Of a stretch of DNA of 64,000 bases, positions 63,334 to 64,000 are shown piece by piece (position 1 is the first letter of the stretch; the number at the start of each line of letters is the position of its first letter). This stretch comes from Spizellomyces punctatus DAOM BR117 (Eukaryota), in assembly GCA_000182565.2 (NCBI GenBank), contig KQ257469.1; one strand, given 5' to 3'. Both the position numbers and the translations under genes were made by a program. The notes under the pieces are model-generated. The model had not been told where the DNA came from, made no database searches, and saw nothing but the letters and a program-made list of their open reading frames with translations.

Positions 63334-64000
63334 TCATAGCTCCACTCCTGTGGGCGAGAACCTTCTCGCCACTCTCTTCATCGGTCGTTGCTCTTGCCGT
63401 CCCTGCCCCGTCCCCACTCCAGATCCAGCCGCACCTTCAACTAATCCATTCTTTGTTATGAACGCATTGGCCATGGCAGTAACCAACTCTACTCCACACT
63501 CTGATGCTTTACGTCGCATTTCCCAAACAGTTGATTCATTCAGTCGACCCACCATATCTTTCGCCACAAGATTCTTCAGTTCTTCTACATCAAATTCTTG
63601 TGCCAACCGATAAAGCTCCACCAGTAAACTTGGTGAAGTTGGTGGTATCTTTGGTCTTGTTACAGAATAGAGCAGTGTTTCCTCTCTAGGAGGGTCCTTT
63701 GGAAGGTCCGGTGGTGTTCCTGGTGGTAATGGTGGGACGTATTTATTGGTATAAAGATAGCCGAGGAAGGCTTCGAAAGAAGGGGGTGTGATAAAGGGCG
63801 GGAGGGACAGAGTTATGGGTCTAGGTGGTGGTGGTTCGGATACTGACAAGTGTGCGAATTGCCGTAACTGTCCGGCCAGGACCTGGCTGTGAAGAGAATT
63901 GTTACTTCCACGCTGACATGATGCAAAAAAGTGGAAGTTGAATTTCGCTCTCCACCATTCCCGCACACATGTTTTCTAGAAGCCAGCAGTGCAAAACACA
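63334..64000 (-). CDS. BTB/POZ-domain protein, 3' part (5' end outside the window)
   Basis: ITPPSFEAFLGYLYTNKY...LVELYRLAQEFDVEELKNLV...LNESTVWE. Confidence 0.75.

Overview
Intron-rich eukaryotic nuclear DNA from an early-diverging fungus. It is most likely a chytrid of the Spizellomycetales (inference from short GT-AG introns, SZT2, and a Spizellomyces-type Fanzor RNA). 0.4-4.5 kb: two bacterial-type genes, a 10-intron cNMP-binding thioredoxin-reductase-like flavoprotein and a secreted group XIV phospholipase A2. 5-13.7 kb: a scrambled accessory zone with duplicated and inverted pseudogene pieces (a USP-type deubiquitinase family, a Ded1 helicase fragment), an assembly gap, and a hairpin-rich candidate ncRNA. 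14.9-64 kb: ordinary host genes (RING protein, two C2H2 factors, cytochrome b561, kelch-TM-SH3 protein, PFK-2/FBPase-2, MCCC1, GPI-anchored LPMO-like protein, SZT2, RPB11, DnaJ-TMEM185-like fusion, ATX1, SNIP1/Pml1, BTB protein). The top finding is at 57640-58209, invisible in the ORF track: a 570-bp non-autonomous Fanzor1 (OMEGA) 'ghost' element. It has 30-bp TIRs, TA ends, a 5'-CATA TAM-like flank, and an omegaRNA scaffold running into a flank-derived guide. It sits next to a GC hairpin array and a 28-nt minisatellite, between the divergent SZT2 and RPB11 genes. Exon boundaries were read by eye and may be off by a few bases. Family assignments come from motif recognition, not database searches.
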